Shown one piece after another: positions 42,397 through 43,114 of a stretch of 43,114 nucleotides of DNA. The stretch is taken from the IMG/VR virus record IMGVR_UViG_3300045988_047887; one strand, written 5' to 3'. Numbering within the stretch: the first letter of the stretch is position 1; each line of letters opens with the position of its first letter. The notes under the pieces were generated by a model. The model did not search any database and was not told the DNA's origin. It saw only the letters and a list, made by a program, of their open reading frames with translations. The position numbers were made by a program, and so were the translations under genes. The stretch comes from a virus.

Positions 42397-43114
42397 TTAT
42401 TTTTCGGGCTTCCAGTTGATGCCCAGCCGCTGCAGAACTCCCTGCTCGTAGAATCTTGCGAGTGAATCCTTGGCTGGCTTGTTCCGTGGGTTCTTCTTCA
42501 AGTCGTCCAGGTTCTGCTGTATTACCCATCTGAACTTGTCGTCTCGGCTCTGCTGGCTCGATGGCTGCTGGTGCTTGGCTTGCTCGTAACGTTCCCCGAT
42601 GCTCGGTCTTTCCGTTGCCGCTGGATCCTGCGCCTTGGCTGCTGCTGGCTGCTGGCTTCCTGCTGGCTGCTCGTTGTCGTAGTTGCCTTCAAGCACCTTC
42701 GGGAAATTGGAAGGGCACATCATCCAGTCGAAGCTGGCAACCCAACCCTTGCCGTTCTTGCCGTTCATGAAGTCACTTGACATGGCTTTGTCGATTGCCT
42801 TGTAGACCTTCTGAACGTCCCCTCCGTATTCCCTTATCCTTGCACGCACATTGCTCTTGCGCTGGTCGCTCATCAAGGTCAACCTTCGCATTGCGCTGCC
42901 CGATTGGTCATGCTTGGCGTTCCAGTATTCCTTGATAGCCGCAAAATCAATCTTGGCGCATCGTCTGGCTGGGTCAACTTTCGGATTTTCCGAAATTGAC
43001 AAACCTTCTTTAGAAGGTATATTATTATCTGTTTCTTTAGAAACATCACTATCACTATCACTATCACTATCACTATCACTATCACTATCACTATCACTAT
43101 CACTATCACTATCA
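42397..43114 (-). CDS. replication organizer, C-terminal part (phage conserved C-terminus, DnaD-like)
   Basis: The AGT/GAT codon phase of the repeat continues as GTT TCT AAA... into ORF 42397..43002 with no stop. The motif SFDWMMCPSNFPKVLEGNY is typical of phage replisome-organizer C-terminal domains. The joined product is about 351 aa. Confidence 0.7.
   Translation of the reverse strand, partial: DSDSDSDSDSDSDSDSDSDSDSDVSKETDNNIPSKEGLSISENPKVDPARRCAKIDFAAIKEYWNAKHDQSGSAMRRLTLMSDQRKSNVRARIREYGGDVQKVYKAIDKAMSSDFMNGKNGKGWVASFDWMMCPSNFPKVLEGNYDNEQPAGSQQPAAAKAQDPAATERPSIGERYEQAKHQQPSSQQSRDDKFRWVIQQNLDDLKKNPRNKPAKDSLARFYEQGVLQRLGINWKPEK
43045..43114. repeat. (ATCACT)11 + ATCA hexanucleotide tandem repeat, right copy of the terminal overlap
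   Basis: Read directly. It is identical to 1-70. Confidence 0.98.

Larger units (their letters stand above)
1..43114. mobile_element. complete temperate tailed-phage genome, circular or terminally overlapping assembly (unique length about 43,044 bp)
   Basis: Positions 1-70 and 43045-43114 are identical. Integrase, switch, recombination, replication, packaging, head, tail and lysis modules are all present, and no host housekeeping genes are seen. Confidence 0.8.

Noticed and set aside
42879-43109. ORF translating as MIVIVIVIV...
   Set aside because: It is an artefact of reading the ATCACT repeat in the GTG/ATA phase. The AGT/GAT phase is the one continuous with real coding sequence on both sides.

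Overview
The window is a complete, circularly permuted genome of a temperate siphovirus-like phage. The first 70 nt and the last 70 nt are the same (ATCACT)n tract, so the unique length is about 43,044 bp. The host is probably a Bacteroidota (Bacteroidales) bacterium, judging from TTTG-N19-20-TAnnTTTG promoters, a Bacteroides-type tyrosine integrase and the absence of Shine-Dalgarno sites.

Almost all genes lie on the minus strand, running from a switch region at 4257-4414:
- Early HTH genes, then a YqaJ exonuclease plus annealing protein.
- A replication organizer whose ORF crosses the window junction.
- Small early genes and a RuvC-like resolvase.
- A block of ParB x2, a GT-A-like protein and an SPL-type radical SAM enzyme.
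- TerS and TerL, then tail genes including the tape measure.
- ClpP-type protease/scaffold, major capsid protein and portal.
- An AT-rich CotH-like tail fibre and an LRR protein.
- Holin, GH19 endolysin and a u-spanin-like protein.
- A small-protein accessory operon.

A plus-strand lysogeny/moron module (4415-8172) ends in the integrase.

The points most worth a second look:
- The ParB-ParB-GT-rSAM block in front of the terminase, a candidate DNA-modification or anti-restriction system.
- A 10-bp-phased TTTGYAT array plus an in-frame (Asp-Ser)n hexamer microsatellite inside the replication gene, a candidate origin.
- A promoter plus two-hairpin sRNA candidate beside int.
- A tRNA-like 3' fragment beside an AT-rich core flanked by an inverted repeat.
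- A 460-bp repeat-rich non-coding region.
- A protein ending in an SSB-like DLPF tip.

All homology calls come from motifs read by eye. No searches were run.
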